Source: an uncultured delta proteobacterium (GTDB lineage Bacteria; Desulfobacterota; BSN033; UBA1163). Taken from it: a stretch of DNA of 64,000 nucleotides. The DNA is taken from positions 256,001 to 320,000 of the forward strand of contig CAWHBU010000004.1 in the NCBI GenBank assembly GCA_963827685.1, given 5' to 3'. The notes beneath the pieces are model-generated. The model was not told the origin of the DNA, did not search any database, and saw only the letters and a program-made list of their open reading frames with translations. The translations under genes and the position numbers were made by a program. Below are positions 1 to 9,626 of the stretch, in pieces (the stretch's first letter is position 1; every line of letters starts with the position of its first letter).

Positions 1-1
1 C

Positions 2-298
2 GAGCGAAATCCACGGGTATGTATCCTTGCAGTAAATAGTAATATATCTTTTTGGCAAAAATCGCTCTTGGCTGGAAAATTTGAGACCCCACCCGGAGTG
101 AGACTGATGGGCTCTGTGGGAAAAAAGCGAGAAGCGACAGAAGAAGAAATCGCCAAGTGGCAAAATCATGTCAAACTTGCACGTGGAACGAAAGGGCATG
201 ATCTTATGTGGAAAAATATGCGAACGGTCAGGGATATCTATTTCGACTCTTTTGAACCCGTTTCGTGTGGGGAAATGACGCAAGATCTGTGGAAGTAG
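2..298 (+). CDS. C-terminal part of a probable pyridoxamine 5'-phosphate oxidase-like (FMN-binding split barrel) protein, truncated by the window edge
   Basis: Frame is open from base 2 (ERNPRVCILAVN...PPGVRLMG...); the NPRVCIL motif is typical of this family. Confidence 0.55.
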   Translation, partial: ERNPRVCILAVNSNISFWQKSLLAGKFETPPGVRLMGSVGKKREATEEEIAKWQNHVKLARGTKGHDLMWKNMRTVRDIYFDSFEPVSCGEMTQDLWK

Positions 299-395
299 AT
301 TCATTTAATACAAGTCTCTATGATGCCTAAAGACGGGGAGTATCCAAGAGACTCCGAATTTCTTGACAAACAAAACAACCTAAAGGAGGCAACAA

Positions 396-833
396 ATGAA
401 AATATCAGAGGACGTATGGAAGTTATACCAAGAGCGTTTAGGCTATACCGATGACGAGATGAAGAAATTTAGGCAAAATCCGAGAAATGAAGATGTCATT
501 TCCAAGGCAGCCTCATTAATGAATAAGACGATTGTTGTAGAAGTCGTAGACTCACATGGATGCAATAGTCAGCATAAGGTGGGTGATAAGTTCTACTTTG
601 ATGGGTCAGGCAATCTGTTAACCAAACTTTGCCCCAAAAGGATCTGTTTCGGGGCGCTGAATTCAATGCCGGCATTAATTTCTATGGCGCATGAACTCTT
701 CTATGCGGGTGTTGACCCGAACGGGATGCGATTTAAGAGAGTAGGTTGCTCCGATGTGGGTTTGCAATGTGGGGGATGGGGGCGTGTGGTCATGGAGATT
801 AAGGTGGAAGATCGCAAGAAGACGAATGAGTGA
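396..833 (+). CDS. TIGR04076-like Cys-rich hypothetical protein (copy 1)
   Basis: AAGGAGG RBS; GCNSQHKVGDKF, C-x4-C and CSDVG..CGGWGRVVME motifs; near-identical paralog at 3532-3969. Confidence 0.7.
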   Translation: MKISEDVWKLYQERLGYTDDEMKKFRQNPRNEDVISKAASLMNKTIVVEVVDSHGCNSQHKVGDKFYFDGSGNLLTKLCPKRICFGALNSMPALISMAHELFYAGVDPNGMRFKRVGCSDVGLQCGGWGRVVMEIKVEDRKKTNE

Positions 834-987
834 CAAAATATGAGTTCCATGGCCAACGGCAAATATTCAGCGATCAATGATAAATGAATAGCTGAAGACT
901 CTCCGTTTCCTAAGATGGTCACATTTCGTGAGCTTCTCTGGTCTAAAGACTTAGACTGAACCTAACAGAGGTAGACAGAAAGGAGAA

Positions 988-1149
988 ATGGTCATGAAGA
1001 AAGAGGCGGAAATACTAAAACAGTACGCACGGGCTGATTTTTCTAAGAGAATGTATTTGTTCTTACAATTCCCTAACCTGAGGGATACTTTTCAAGAGAT
1101 TGAACGCAACAGATTTTGCTGCTCAAAGGACTTCTGTATATGCGACTGA
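988..1149 (+). CDS. small hypothetical protein (53 aa, MVMKKEAEILKQYARADFSKRMYLFLQFPNLRDTFQEIE...)
   Basis: AAGGAGA RBS directly upstream; below the ORF-track cutoff; 3' end may be frameshifted. Confidence 0.45.
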   Translation: MVMKKEAEILKQYARADFSKRMYLFLQFPNLRDTFQEIERNRFCCSKDFCICD

Positions 1150-1283
1150 ACAGCCTAGCATAGAAGAATGTTTCGGGCTCCTATTGTGTCTCAGTCGAAT
1201 CATCGGGACAAAGAGATTGAAAAATTCAAAGTGGATAGGTAGGACAGAAATCTGCTTCATGTTAGGGCACAGGAGGATACTGA

Positions 1284-1395
1284 GACGGGGACCTTCAGCA
1301 GATCTGCAGCGTATATAATATTGTCTCTGGCCGTCCTTTTCGGTGGGGTGTTGCTTATGGCATTCTTGGTATTTTTTCTGGCTGGTTCATCAGAG
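1284..1395 (+). pseudogene. 5' remnant of the ICMT/NnrU-like methyltransferase gene
   Basis: Aligns by eye with 7610-7720 (accttc.gcagatctg..gc.tat...tctggccgtccttttcgg.gg); no start codon, truncated. Confidence 0.7.
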
Positions 1396-1452
1396 CTAAG
1401 ATTATTTATTTAAGCGTTAAAAATATTGATAGCATAAGGAGAATGAATAAAG

Positions 1453-1950
1453 ATGAGAAAACTACCAAGATATCGATACTGCTTTGTCTGCGGGAGAAAC
1501 AATCAAGCAGGAACAGATGTTATCTGGATAGATACTGAAGAAGGAGTCATCGGTGAATATTGGGCGAACAAAAAACATATTAGCTATGAAGGGATAATTC
1601 ACGGCGGAATTTTATCAGCACTTCTTGACGAAGGCATAGGGTGGGCTGTTGCATTAAAAGAGAGAAAGTGGTTAGTAACCCGCGGATTAAATGTAATATT
1701 TAACCAACCAGTTCCCGTCGGCAAGAAGGTGACCGTAAAGGGATTTTGGTCGAATGATCAACCCATTGATAAAAAATATCGTACAGGAACCGGTATCGTC
1801 ATTGACGATGAAGGGATTGTCTACGCCTCAGGAGAAGGAAAATATTTTCCTGTATCGGAAGAATTTGAATTAAACCTGACGAAATTGCTGGAGATTCCCG
1901 ATGATGCGACAAAAGAGGTTACCATTGAAGATATCTGGGGTAGCCCTTAA
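1453..1950 (+). CDS. PaaI family (hotdog-fold) thioesterase
   Basis: CFVCG..N and HGGILSALLDE motifs. Confidence 0.85.
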   Translation: MRKLPRYRYCFVCGRNNQAGTDVIWIDTEEGVIGEYWANKKHISYEGIIHGGILSALLDEGIGWAVALKERKWLVTRGLNVIFNQPVPVGKKVTVKGFWSNDQPIDKKYRTGTGIVIDDEGIVYASGEGKYFPVSEEFELNLTKLLEIPDDATKEVTIEDIWGSP

Positions 1951-1967
1951 TGATGAGGTCTGATACA

Positions 1968-2145
1968 ATGATAAGCCATGTTCATCATACTTACCTGTTT
2001 GCCTCAAATATCGAGACCAGCCTAAAAGTTTGTCAGGAAATGTTCGGAGAAGAAAAACTGGCGGATTTAAATAGGGGTGGAAGCACAGAATGTGTTTCTC
2101 GCCATTGGCCGGGGGCGGCTTCATTTTTATGACCAACCGCCGCAC
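1968..2145 (+). pseudogene. frameshifted, truncated VOC/glyoxalase gene remnant
   Basis: HVHHTYLFASNIE, then in another frame NVFLAIGRGRLHFYDQPP; matches the intact gene at 12352-12750. Confidence 0.75.
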
Positions 2146-2325
2146 ATGTCAAACGAAAGGGGTTAATCGATCAATATCAATGCGGGATCTTTCAGCGGCT
2201 TGAAGGCTGTTAAGGAGGATGAGGCATAAAATATTTCATCACTCCCCGAGCAGAAAGCTGCACGATGCAACCAGAAGGAAAATGTTCCGGGGATTTTCAG
2301 TTCTATTTTTAAGGAGGTAAAAAAT

Positions 2326-2829
2326 ATGAATCCAAACGAAGTCAAACTTACTCCGGAACAAAGGGAAAGGCTCTTACGGGACATCTGGATTTCGCATGAT
2401 GGGCAATGGGTATTAAAAACTGTCCAGGAGCACGGCTTTGATATAGCCAATAAGCTAAATCATGCAGTGATCAGGTCGCTTGGGAAGTTAGAGATAAAGC
2501 GGCTGATGGCCGTGACAAAATTAGGGGAGATCAAGAATTCGGAACATTTCAAAAGGCTCTTAGATATTGCCTGCGGTCTCTATATGCCTGAAGAGCATCA
2601 ATACGAGATTAAACGATTAGATGATAACTCTGTTTTGGGCCACGTCCTCGAGTGTTATGTCTTTAAGAATGTGAGTAAGGCGGGAGTAAAAAATTATTTC
2701 CGCTGTGCGGCCAAACCTCGATTCACGGGTTGGTTGGAAGGTTCCGCTTTACAAGGCGAGGTCATTGCCGAAAGGGACACAGATAACTGCAATGGAACCT
2801 GTGAGATTATCTTTAAAATCAGATGGTGA
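2326..2829 (+). CDS. DUF6125-like protein
   Basis: WISHDGQW motif, C-terminal Cys residues; AAGGAGG RBS. Confidence 0.7.
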   Translation: MNPNEVKLTPEQRERLLRDIWISHDGQWVLKTVQEHGFDIANKLNHAVIRSLGKLEIKRLMAVTKLGEIKNSEHFKRLLDIACGLYMPEEHQYEIKRLDDNSVLGHVLECYVFKNVSKAGVKNYFRCAAKPRFTGWLEGSALQGEVIAERDTDNCNGTCEIIFKIRW

Positions 2830-3006
2830 ATGGTGAAAATCCTCTTCTGGAAGAGTCCTATTCGTTTAACTTTTCATAAGTAGAGGAGAGTAACAAATGT
2901 TCCCGAATGAGGTGGATTTTGTGAACCTCGATAAAAGGGATCTTTTTATAGAGACGACCAGCGAGCTTGAAATTAGGTCTAAAAGCACATAGGGAGGATC
3001 CTAAAT

Positions 3007-3510
3007 ATGAAGTCGCTCGAAAAAGATGAACTCAAGGAGCTCCTGATCAAGGGCTGGATGACTCACGATGCCATGTGGTTTTACAGTTGCCTGCAGGAAT
3101 GCGGGATCGAGAAGACGAACAGGATAAACATGGCTGCTATCAGGGCCATGTCGGCGATAGAGATCAAACGCATCCAAAAGGCTGTGGGCGCGGGGAAACT
3201 TGATACGTTTGATGAGTTTAAACGGTTTTTTGAAATAACCATGGAGATCGCAATCGGCGAATTTATGAAATATAGGTATAGCCTGCCTACAAACAACAGA
3301 ATGCATGGTGAATGGGAGTCATGCTTTGCTTATGAAGGAGTGAAAGCGCTGGGAGTCATCGACCGCTATGAATGCGGCATCATGCTGCGGATCGATACCT
3401 GGCTCGACACCCTGGGCATCAAATATGAAGTGGAACCCAAAGTGACAGGATGTATGATGCACACCGACGGCAAATGCTTTCGAGATTACAGGTTTTTCTT
3501 TGACAAATAA
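3007..3510 (+). CDS. DUF6125-like protein
   Basis: WMTHDAMWF motif, four Cys in the C-terminal half. Confidence 0.75.
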   Translation: MKSLEKDELKELLIKGWMTHDAMWFYSCLQECGIEKTNRINMAAIRAMSAIEIKRIQKAVGAGKLDTFDEFKRFFEITMEIAIGEFMKYRYSLPTNNRMHGEWESCFAYEGVKALGVIDRYECGIMLRIDTWLDTLGIKYEVEPKVTGCMMHTDGKCFRDYRFFFDK

Positions 3511-3531
3511 ATCGTCAAAGGAGGAGATAAG

Positions 3532-3969
3532 ATGAAAATTAACGAAGACGCATGGAATTTCTACCAAAAACATTTAGGCTACAGCGATGACGAGATGAAG
3601 AAATTCAGGCAAAATTCAAGAAATGAAGATGTCATTTCCAAGGCCCCTGTATTAATGAATAAGACGATTGTTGTAGAAGTCGTGGACGCGCATGGGTGTA
3701 ATAGTCAGCATAAGGTGGGTGATAAGTTCTACTTTGATGGATCTGGCAATCTTCTGACCAAACTTTGTCCCAAAAGAATCTGTTTTGGGGCACTGAATTC
3801 AATGCCGCCATTGATTTCTATGGCACATGAACTCTTCTATGCTGGTGTTGACCCGAACGAAATGCGATTTAAGAGGGTAGGTTGCTCCGATGCGGGGTTG
3901 CCATGTGGGGGATGGGGACGTGTTGTTATGGAGGTCAGCGTAGAAGATCGCAAGAAGACGACTGAGTGA
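3532..3969 (+). CDS. TIGR04076-like Cys-rich hypothetical protein (copy 2)
   Basis: Near-identical to 396-833, including the downstream ~50 bp. Confidence 0.7.
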   Translation: MKINEDAWNFYQKHLGYSDDEMKKFRQNSRNEDVISKAPVLMNKTIVVEVVDAHGCNSQHKVGDKFYFDGSGNLLTKLCPKRICFGALNSMPPLISMAHELFYAGVDPNEMRFKRVGCSDAGLPCGGWGRVVMEVSVEDRKKTTE

Positions 3970-4098
3970 ACCCCGTTAGAAATTCCAGTCGTTGCGACTC
4001 GAAACCGAGCGGGGCATCAAACCCCGCCGGAATTATTCTAAAATCTAATCCTGCTATAGCGGGACTGCAGAGCAGCGGGGCATCATTTCTAACGGGGT
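3970..4098. mobile_element. MITE with 13-bp terminal inverted repeat ACCCCGTTAGAAA and a 2-bp (GA) flanking duplication
   Basis: TIRs at 3970-3982 and 4086-4098; element absent from the paralogous site after 833. Confidence 0.85.
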
Positions 4099-4413
4099 GA
4101 AAAATATGAGTTCCATCGCCAATGGCAGATATTCAGCGATCAATGATAATCAAGTATTCTGTCCAGCCATAGGTTGCGCGCACCGCATACGATTGTAAGG
4201 AGGAGTGAGGTATGGCCAAAGCATATGTACTTTTGTTCGATGGTTATGCCGATTGGGAACTTGGACACGTACTCGCTGAACTTCGTCGTCATGGCAAGGT
4301 AGAGGTAGTAAGCGTAGGTTTTACCGACCGAGCTGTTGTCTCGATGGGCGGCCTCCGCGTGATCCCAGACACCATCCTATCACACGTTGATCCACGAGAC
4401 GTCCTCATCTTTA

Positions 4414-4952
4414 TAAAAAATACCTGTTGAATACCGCCCAGCTCTGCTGGGCGGATGAAAACAGGTTCGCGAAGCGATAAGACATGGTATAAGTACTGCA
4501 TGAGCTCGATAAAAAGAACAAGCCATGCGGTCTACGATTTGAAATATCATATGGTATGGGTTCCCAAATATCGGAAGATGATATTGGGAGGTGAGTTGGC
4601 AAAAAGGCTTAAGATGAGTTTTGAGCAAATATCGGAGAGGTACGAGTTTGAGATAGATACGATGGAGGTAAAGGATGATCATGTTCATTTATTTTTGTCT
4701 GCCCCTCCTCGGTATTGTCCGGCAGAGATTGTGCAGATCATAAAGAGTATCTCGGCGAAAATGGTGTTCAAGCAGTTTCCAGAGGTGAAGAAAGAGCTTT
4801 GGGGTGGAGAGTTTTGGAGTGATGGGTATTTTGTTCGGTCTGTTGGAGACAAAGTTACCTCTGAAGTCATACGTCGCTATATAAAGTATCAGCAACAGGA
4901 GCAATTAAGTTTTGAATTTTAATGCCCCGCAGCTCTGCTGCGGGGTTCTTTA
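4414..4952 (+). mobile_element. IS200-type element (tnpA only, 539 bp), copy 1
   Basis: Subterminal hairpins ccgcccagctctgctgggcgg and ccccgcagctctgctgcgggg; identical inverted copy at 9627-10165. Confidence 0.95.
4500..4922 (+). CDS. tnpA: IS200/IS605 family Y1 transposase
   Basis: YHMVWVPKYR, HUH motif DHVH, FWSDGYFV and YIKYQ catalytic Tyr. Confidence 0.95.
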   Translation: MSSIKRTSHAVYDLKYHMVWVPKYRKMILGGELAKRLKMSFEQISERYEFEIDTMEVKDDHVHLFLSAPPRYCPAEIVQIIKSISAKMVFKQFPEVKKELWGGEFWSDGYFVRSVGDKVTSEVIRRYIKYQQQEQLSFEF

Positions 4953-5329
4953 CTATACCAGGAGGCTACATCTGGGAAGGAGAGTACCCTGCTGCTGCGC
5001 TTGAGCAAATCTTGCACCGTTTAGAAGAACAGAGAATACCCATTGCGGCAATCTGTGCTGCAACCGTTGCAGTGGCTCGTGGCGGGCTCCTGCATGGCCG
5101 AAAACATACGAGCAACTCAAAAGAGTATCTATCAAAAATGTATCGAGACTATTCAGAAGGTGCAAATTATGTAAATACCCTGGCAACTCGAGATAGACAC
5201 GTCATTACTGCCAGCGGTTTGGGCTCAATTGAATTTACCATGGAAATATTCACCGAGCTTGACCTATTAACTCCTGAAATGATGTCGATCTGGTATGAAG
5301 CATTCAAACATGGGAAATATCCTCGAAAT

Positions 5330-5436
5330 GCCTAACGAGCGCATCAACCGGACGGCGCGGCCACGTATTCTTTTCAAGTCCGTCCTACAAAAGGTGAGTC
5401 TTTAACAGTCAGGTGCCGCCAGTTATGCGCAGTGTT
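5330..5436 (+). other. attC-like site, interrupted at R' by a MITE
   Basis: GCCTAAC overlaps the stop codon; gcatcaac/gttatgc L boxes; terminal GTT. Confidence 0.6.
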
Positions 5437-5594
5437 GAGGCTGTAGAAAAAGTCAATCTCGCGCCAGACCGGTAAGTTGGAAGAAAATGCGACCTCTCAG
5501 GTATGCTCTGTATGCGACGATCTCATGCTGGGGAGGGGTCAAGACCCTCGAAAACCACCCCTTAATCGCAGTGAGGGACTTTTTCTACAGGCTC
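5437..5594. mobile_element. MITE with 18-bp TIR GAGGCTGTAGAAAAAGTC (1 mismatch), flanked by GTT on both sides
   Basis: TIRs at 5437-5454 and 5577-5594; no coding capacity. Confidence 0.75.
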
Positions 5595-5636
5595 GTTTAG
5601 CCGCCTGTTCATTCGTGCAAGTATTGGAGGTTTTTT

Positions 5637-6826
5637 ATGATGCAAGAAGACTTTTCATTCAGGATCGGAAAATACGCATCTAAATGATGAACCCAATTTC
5701 AACTTTCAGTTAAATCGAACGATCATGTGGAGCGGGGGGGATGTGGATGAACTAAGGCGTGTTGGTCCTAAAATCAAAGATTCTTCATCGTGGGAAACTG
5801 AGTTAGTTGGCTTAGCTGAAAAAGCTCTATCTGAAGGCAGGATTGTTCACGCGATTGCTTACTTCAGAATGGCGGAATTCTTTATGTTTGATGGTAACCC
5901 GAGAAAGCTAGAAATCTACCAAAAGGCTAGAACCTTATTCTACAATCACTACGCTGATATCTTTGAAAACGGACTAATCACTCGAAAAAGTGTTCCGTAT
6001 GAAAATGCTCAACTGCCGATATGGATCTCCTTGCCAGAGAAACAGCCTGTCAAGGATGTAATTCTCCTGCACGGGGGAAATGACTCGTACATGGAAGAAT
6101 TCTTGCCCATCATTCTCTATCTTCGCCACAAGGGGTTTGCTGTCTGCCTGTTTGAAGGCCCTGGACAAGGAGAAGTATTGCGCGAACAAGGCATTCCCTT
6201 TACCCATGAATGGGAAAAACCCGTTGGAAAAATCTTGGACGAATTCAACTTGAAAGATGTTACCATCATCGGTATCTCACTAGGGGGTATGCTGGCACCA
6301 AGAGCAGCGGCGTATGAAAAGAGAATCAAACGTGTCGTGGCATGGAGTATCCTTCCCAACTTGCTTGATCTGATCATCTCTACCAGAAAGAAAAGCTTAC
6401 AACAAATCATCCGACTATTGTTTGGACTTAAAGGCTAAATCGCTAATCAACTTTGCCATCAAGCGTCAAATGGAAAAAGACCCTCTCGCTAAATGGGGAA
6501 TTAAACACGGAATGCATAACATGGGAGTCGATTCGGCTTATGAGTATTTGGCGAAAGCGGACCGTTTTCAAATCACCAATATCGCCCATCTCATTGATCA
6601 AGATTTTCTCTTAATGGGGGCATCGCGTGATCATTTCATCCCTGTTGAGTTCTATAAGACGGAAATAGACCATCTCACAAATGTTCAGTCAATGACCTTT
6701 CGGCTATTCACCGAAAAAGAAAACGCTGGGAATCACTGTAATGCGGGAAACACGAAACTAGCGATGGACACTATAATGGAGTGGATAGAATTCGTAAAAT
6801 CACATTCTGTGACGATCAGAAATTGA
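5637..6826 (+). pseudogene. alpha/beta hydrolase with two frameshifts (~5676 and ~6435)
   Basis: GGAGG RBS and ATG at 5637; GISLGG nucleophile elbow in 5725-6438; Asp and His (DHFIP, NHCN) in 6422-6826. Confidence 0.8.
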
Positions 6827-6855
6827 TACCAACCTATGAGAAACAAGGCATTGGC

Positions 6856-6913
6856 GGCTAACCACGGCTTGCAGCGGATCACCGGAGGCTCCCGCTGAAG
6901 CCGGCCGTTGTTG
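6856..6913 (+). other. attC-like site
   Basis: GGCTAAC ... gcttgcagcgg / ccgctgaagc arms with a bulged base ... GTT. Confidence 0.55.
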
Positions 6914-6965
6914 GGTGGATTTATTGATAATTACGTATCATGAGTAATGAAAGGAGGCGAAACTT

Positions 6966-7490
6966 ATGCCAATACTATCAGAGACTGAGGCATTTGAAGC
7001 AATGTCCAAACCACAACTGATCGAATTGTTGAAGCTTTATGCCCAGCTTTTGCTCACTGTTGATGGTCTCTGGTTTATGGGGACAGAAAAGGCAAAGGGT
7101 ATGGATGATGCGATCAGAGTCGATAAGGAGGTTTGGCGTCAGTTCGGTGCACTTGAAGCTAATCGTATGAAAAAGTTCGTAGGAATGGACTCTATTACAA
7201 CGGTCGAGGACGTTTGCAAAATCGTTCTTTTAAGCCCAATGTGGGTTAGTGTGGGACCTAAAGCTGAAATTCAGAACGGTAGATGTTTCTTGTCGGTAAC
7301 TAACTGCCATCCTCAGAAAGCCAGGATAAGGCAAGGTCTCGGTGAGTTCCCTTGCAAATCAGTGGGAGCAGCATATTTCGAAGGATTTGCGGCTGCGCTC
7401 AATCCTAATCTTAAGTACCGGTGCGTATTCTGTCCCCCTGATCAACACCCCGAGAATGAGTGGTGTAAATGGGAAGTCGGTTGGTTTTAA
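6966..7490 (+). CDS. DUF6125-like protein
   Basis: VDGLWF, FPCK, CVFCPPD..P...WC.W motifs. Confidence 0.8.
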   Translation: MPILSETEAFEAMSKPQLIELLKLYAQLLLTVDGLWFMGTEKAKGMDDAIRVDKEVWRQFGALEANRMKKFVGMDSITTVEDVCKIVLLSPMWVSVGPKAEIQNGRCFLSVTNCHPQKARIRQGLGEFPCKSVGAAYFEGFAAALNPNLKYRCVFCPPDQHPENEWCKWEVGWF

Positions 7491-7503
7491 AACCAACAAG
7501 GCC

Positions 7504-7592
7504 ACCCAAGAGGTCAATCAACCCGACGCAGAATAGCGTCGGTGGGTTTAAGTGCAGGTAGTTGCCTGCGCGGGTTATTTCTACCGTTGGGT
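7504..7592 (+). other. degenerate attC-like site
   Basis: ACCCAAG ... aatcaacccgacgcag / ctgcgcgggttatt ... GTTGGGT. Confidence 0.5.
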
Positions 7593-7609
7593 TCCAGGAG
7601 AACATTGAA

Positions 7610-8341
7610 ATGGAGACCTTCCGCAGATCTGTAGCCTATGTGGTATTGTTTCTGGCCGTCCTTTTCGGCGGCGCCTCGCTGATGGCATTTTTGTTGTTTA
7701 TTCTAACTGGCTCGCCCCAGCTATTAAGCCTTAACTTTCATGCCAGCAGAGTGCTCTGGTGGGATACCGCTCTCTCCATGGCCTTCTTCATTCAGCATAG
7801 CGGGATGGTTCGAAGGTCATTCCGCCAGCGGCTGGCCCACTTCTTTTCAGAGGAGTATCAAGGTGCTTTGTACGCAATCGCCTCAGGTATCGTCTTGTTG
7901 GCAGTGATTGTTCTGTGGCAGAAGTCAGCGCCTGCCTTCTGGGTATCTCATGGCGTATTCCGCTGGTCGTTCTACGTAGTCTATTTGCTGTCATTCACTG
8001 GATTTATCCGGGGTACGAGAGCACTGAAAGTCTTTGATCCCTACGGCCTTAGGCCGATCTTGGGTCGTTTGAGGGGTAGGAAGCCAAGGCCCATGTTGTT
8101 CGTGGTCAGGGGGCCTTACCGTTGGGTGCGCCACCCTCTCTACCTTTTCATGATATTGATGATCTGGTCTTGCCCGGATTTGACGAGTGACAGGCTGCTA
8201 TTCAATGCTCTCTGGACGGTCTGGATAGTGATCGGTTCAATACTTGAAGAACGTGACCTTGTATTGGAATTTGGTGACGTCTATCGTGAATATCAGCGTA
8301 AAGTACCCATGTTGATTCCGCGGCGCGTTCGTCCGATTTAG
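7610..8341 (+). CDS. isoprenylcysteine carboxyl methyltransferase / NnrU-like membrane protein
   Basis: GPYRWVRHPLY, EERDL...FG..Y..YQRKVPMLIP; multiple TM helices. Confidence 0.85.
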   Translation: METFRRSVAYVVLFLAVLFGGASLMAFLLFILTGSPQLLSLNFHASRVLWWDTALSMAFFIQHSGMVRRSFRQRLAHFFSEEYQGALYAIASGIVLLAVIVLWQKSAPAFWVSHGVFRWSFYVVYLLSFTGFIRGTRALKVFDPYGLRPILGRLRGRKPRPMLFVVRGPYRWVRHPLYLFMILMIWSCPDLTSDRLLFNALWTVWIVIGSILEERDLVLEFGDVYREYQRKVPMLIPRRVRPI

Positions 8342-8528
8342 TAGGTTGAATTCAGGGGATTCGAGAGACAGTGCGCCACGAGGGTGGGATTATTGATGTG
8401 GTGTACGGGGGCGGAATCACCCGTAGTAGTGAGGAACTCCTGCCATGGGGAGAGTGCGCTTGTAATTTTTCTTGGGTAAACCCTTGGCTTTGCCGGAGGC
8501 TATGATTTCTTTTTTAAGGAGGTATAAC

Positions 8529-9077
8529 ATGGAAGGATGGACCGAAAAAGAAATTAAGAACAAGGAGTTAAGGGCACCGTGTGGTATCTTTTGCGGTGCA
8601 TGCCCGCTTTACATCTCAACGAGGGACGAAAATGAAAAGTTTAGGACTATTATAAGCAGTATCTGGGGAACAAAACCTGAAGAGACGAAATGCTTCGGGT
8701 GCATGCAACCAGACCCACCGAAGAAGCTTTTTGGTTTTTGCAAGACATGTGCGATAAGGCGATGCGTAAAATCAAAAGGATACTATTCCTGCCATCAATG
8801 CAAGGAATGGCCCTGCGATATGATGGAAAAAGGCGATTTTGCTGATGCTGTTCCTTCTCCACTTAGAAAATCAGTTTTAAGGGTAATGAAAAGATCAATT
8901 CCGATATGGCGGGCCAAAGTTGCCGAATACGGTGATGAGAAGGGCAGTGTAGAGTGGGCTCGGGCAGAATGTGAACGCTATCATTGTCCCTCATGCGGAA
9001 AACCACTTTACAGAAGTGCACAACATTGTAGAGCCTGTAAAATACCAGTGGCCGATGAATTGGATGGCGCTATCTGA
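8529..9077 (+). CDS. DUF3795 domain Cys-rich protein
   Basis: APCGIFCGAC, CFGC, C..C.IRRC, CHQC.EWPC. Confidence 0.8.
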   Translation: MEGWTEKEIKNKELRAPCGIFCGACPLYISTRDENEKFRTIISSIWGTKPEETKCFGCMQPDPPKKLFGFCKTCAIRRCVKSKGYYSCHQCKEWPCDMMEKGDFADAVPSPLRKSVLRVMKRSIPIWRAKVAEYGDEKGSVEWARAECERYHCPSCGKPLYRSAQHCRACKIPVADELDGAI

Positions 9078-9626
9078 TTTTTTTACTAAGGAGATGCGGC
9101 CGGGGAAAAAGAATTCAGAATTGCGCGTATTGTAGTGAATATCCGTGCCAGAACCTAAGGAATTTCTTTGTGCTGGTGCCACATGAAAAAGCCAATCTGT
9201 AAGAAATAAGAAAGAGATTTTAACAATAACGCCTAAAAAGGAGGAGCATATGGTCAACACAATATATGAAAAGTTGCGTGAGCACTTGGATTCTCTCCCC
9301 ACAGGATACCCCAAAACCGAGAGCGGGGTGGAGCTGAAAATTCTGGAAAAGCTTTTTACGGAAGAAGAAGCGGAAATCGCCTGCCAGCTGAAACCGGTGC
9401 CGGAATCTGCCGAGCAAATTGCCCAGCGGCTGGGGCGGGATCCCCAAGCAGTCGCCGACCTTCTTTATCGTATATCCCAAAAAGGTCTTATCTTTCGGAT
9501 TAAATATAAAGAAATTTACCATTACATGGCCATGATGTTCATCGTAGGAATCTTCGAGTACCAGGTGCATAAGCTTGACCACGAAATCGCAGAATTATTG
9601 GAGACCTACCACCAAGAAGCCATGAG

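Larger units (their letters stand above)
4212..5335 (+). pseudogene. DJ-1/PfpI family protein interrupted by IS200
   Basis: FDGYADWE N-terminus and AAICAA catalytic Cys; removing 4414-4952 restores the in-frame VLIFTIPGG. Confidence 0.9.

Noticed and set aside
988-1160. Selenocysteine read-through at TGA 1147 after a Cys-rich stretch
   Set aside because: A TAG follows three codons later and no SECIS-like hairpin is evident.
2897-2992. 31-aa ORF with a GAGGAG RBS
   Set aside because: Too short to assign; could be another gene remnant but has no match in the window.
4414-4952. IS200 as a TnpB/omegaRNA element or IStron
   Set aside because: Only 539 bp with tnpA alone; no room for tnpB or a group I intron.
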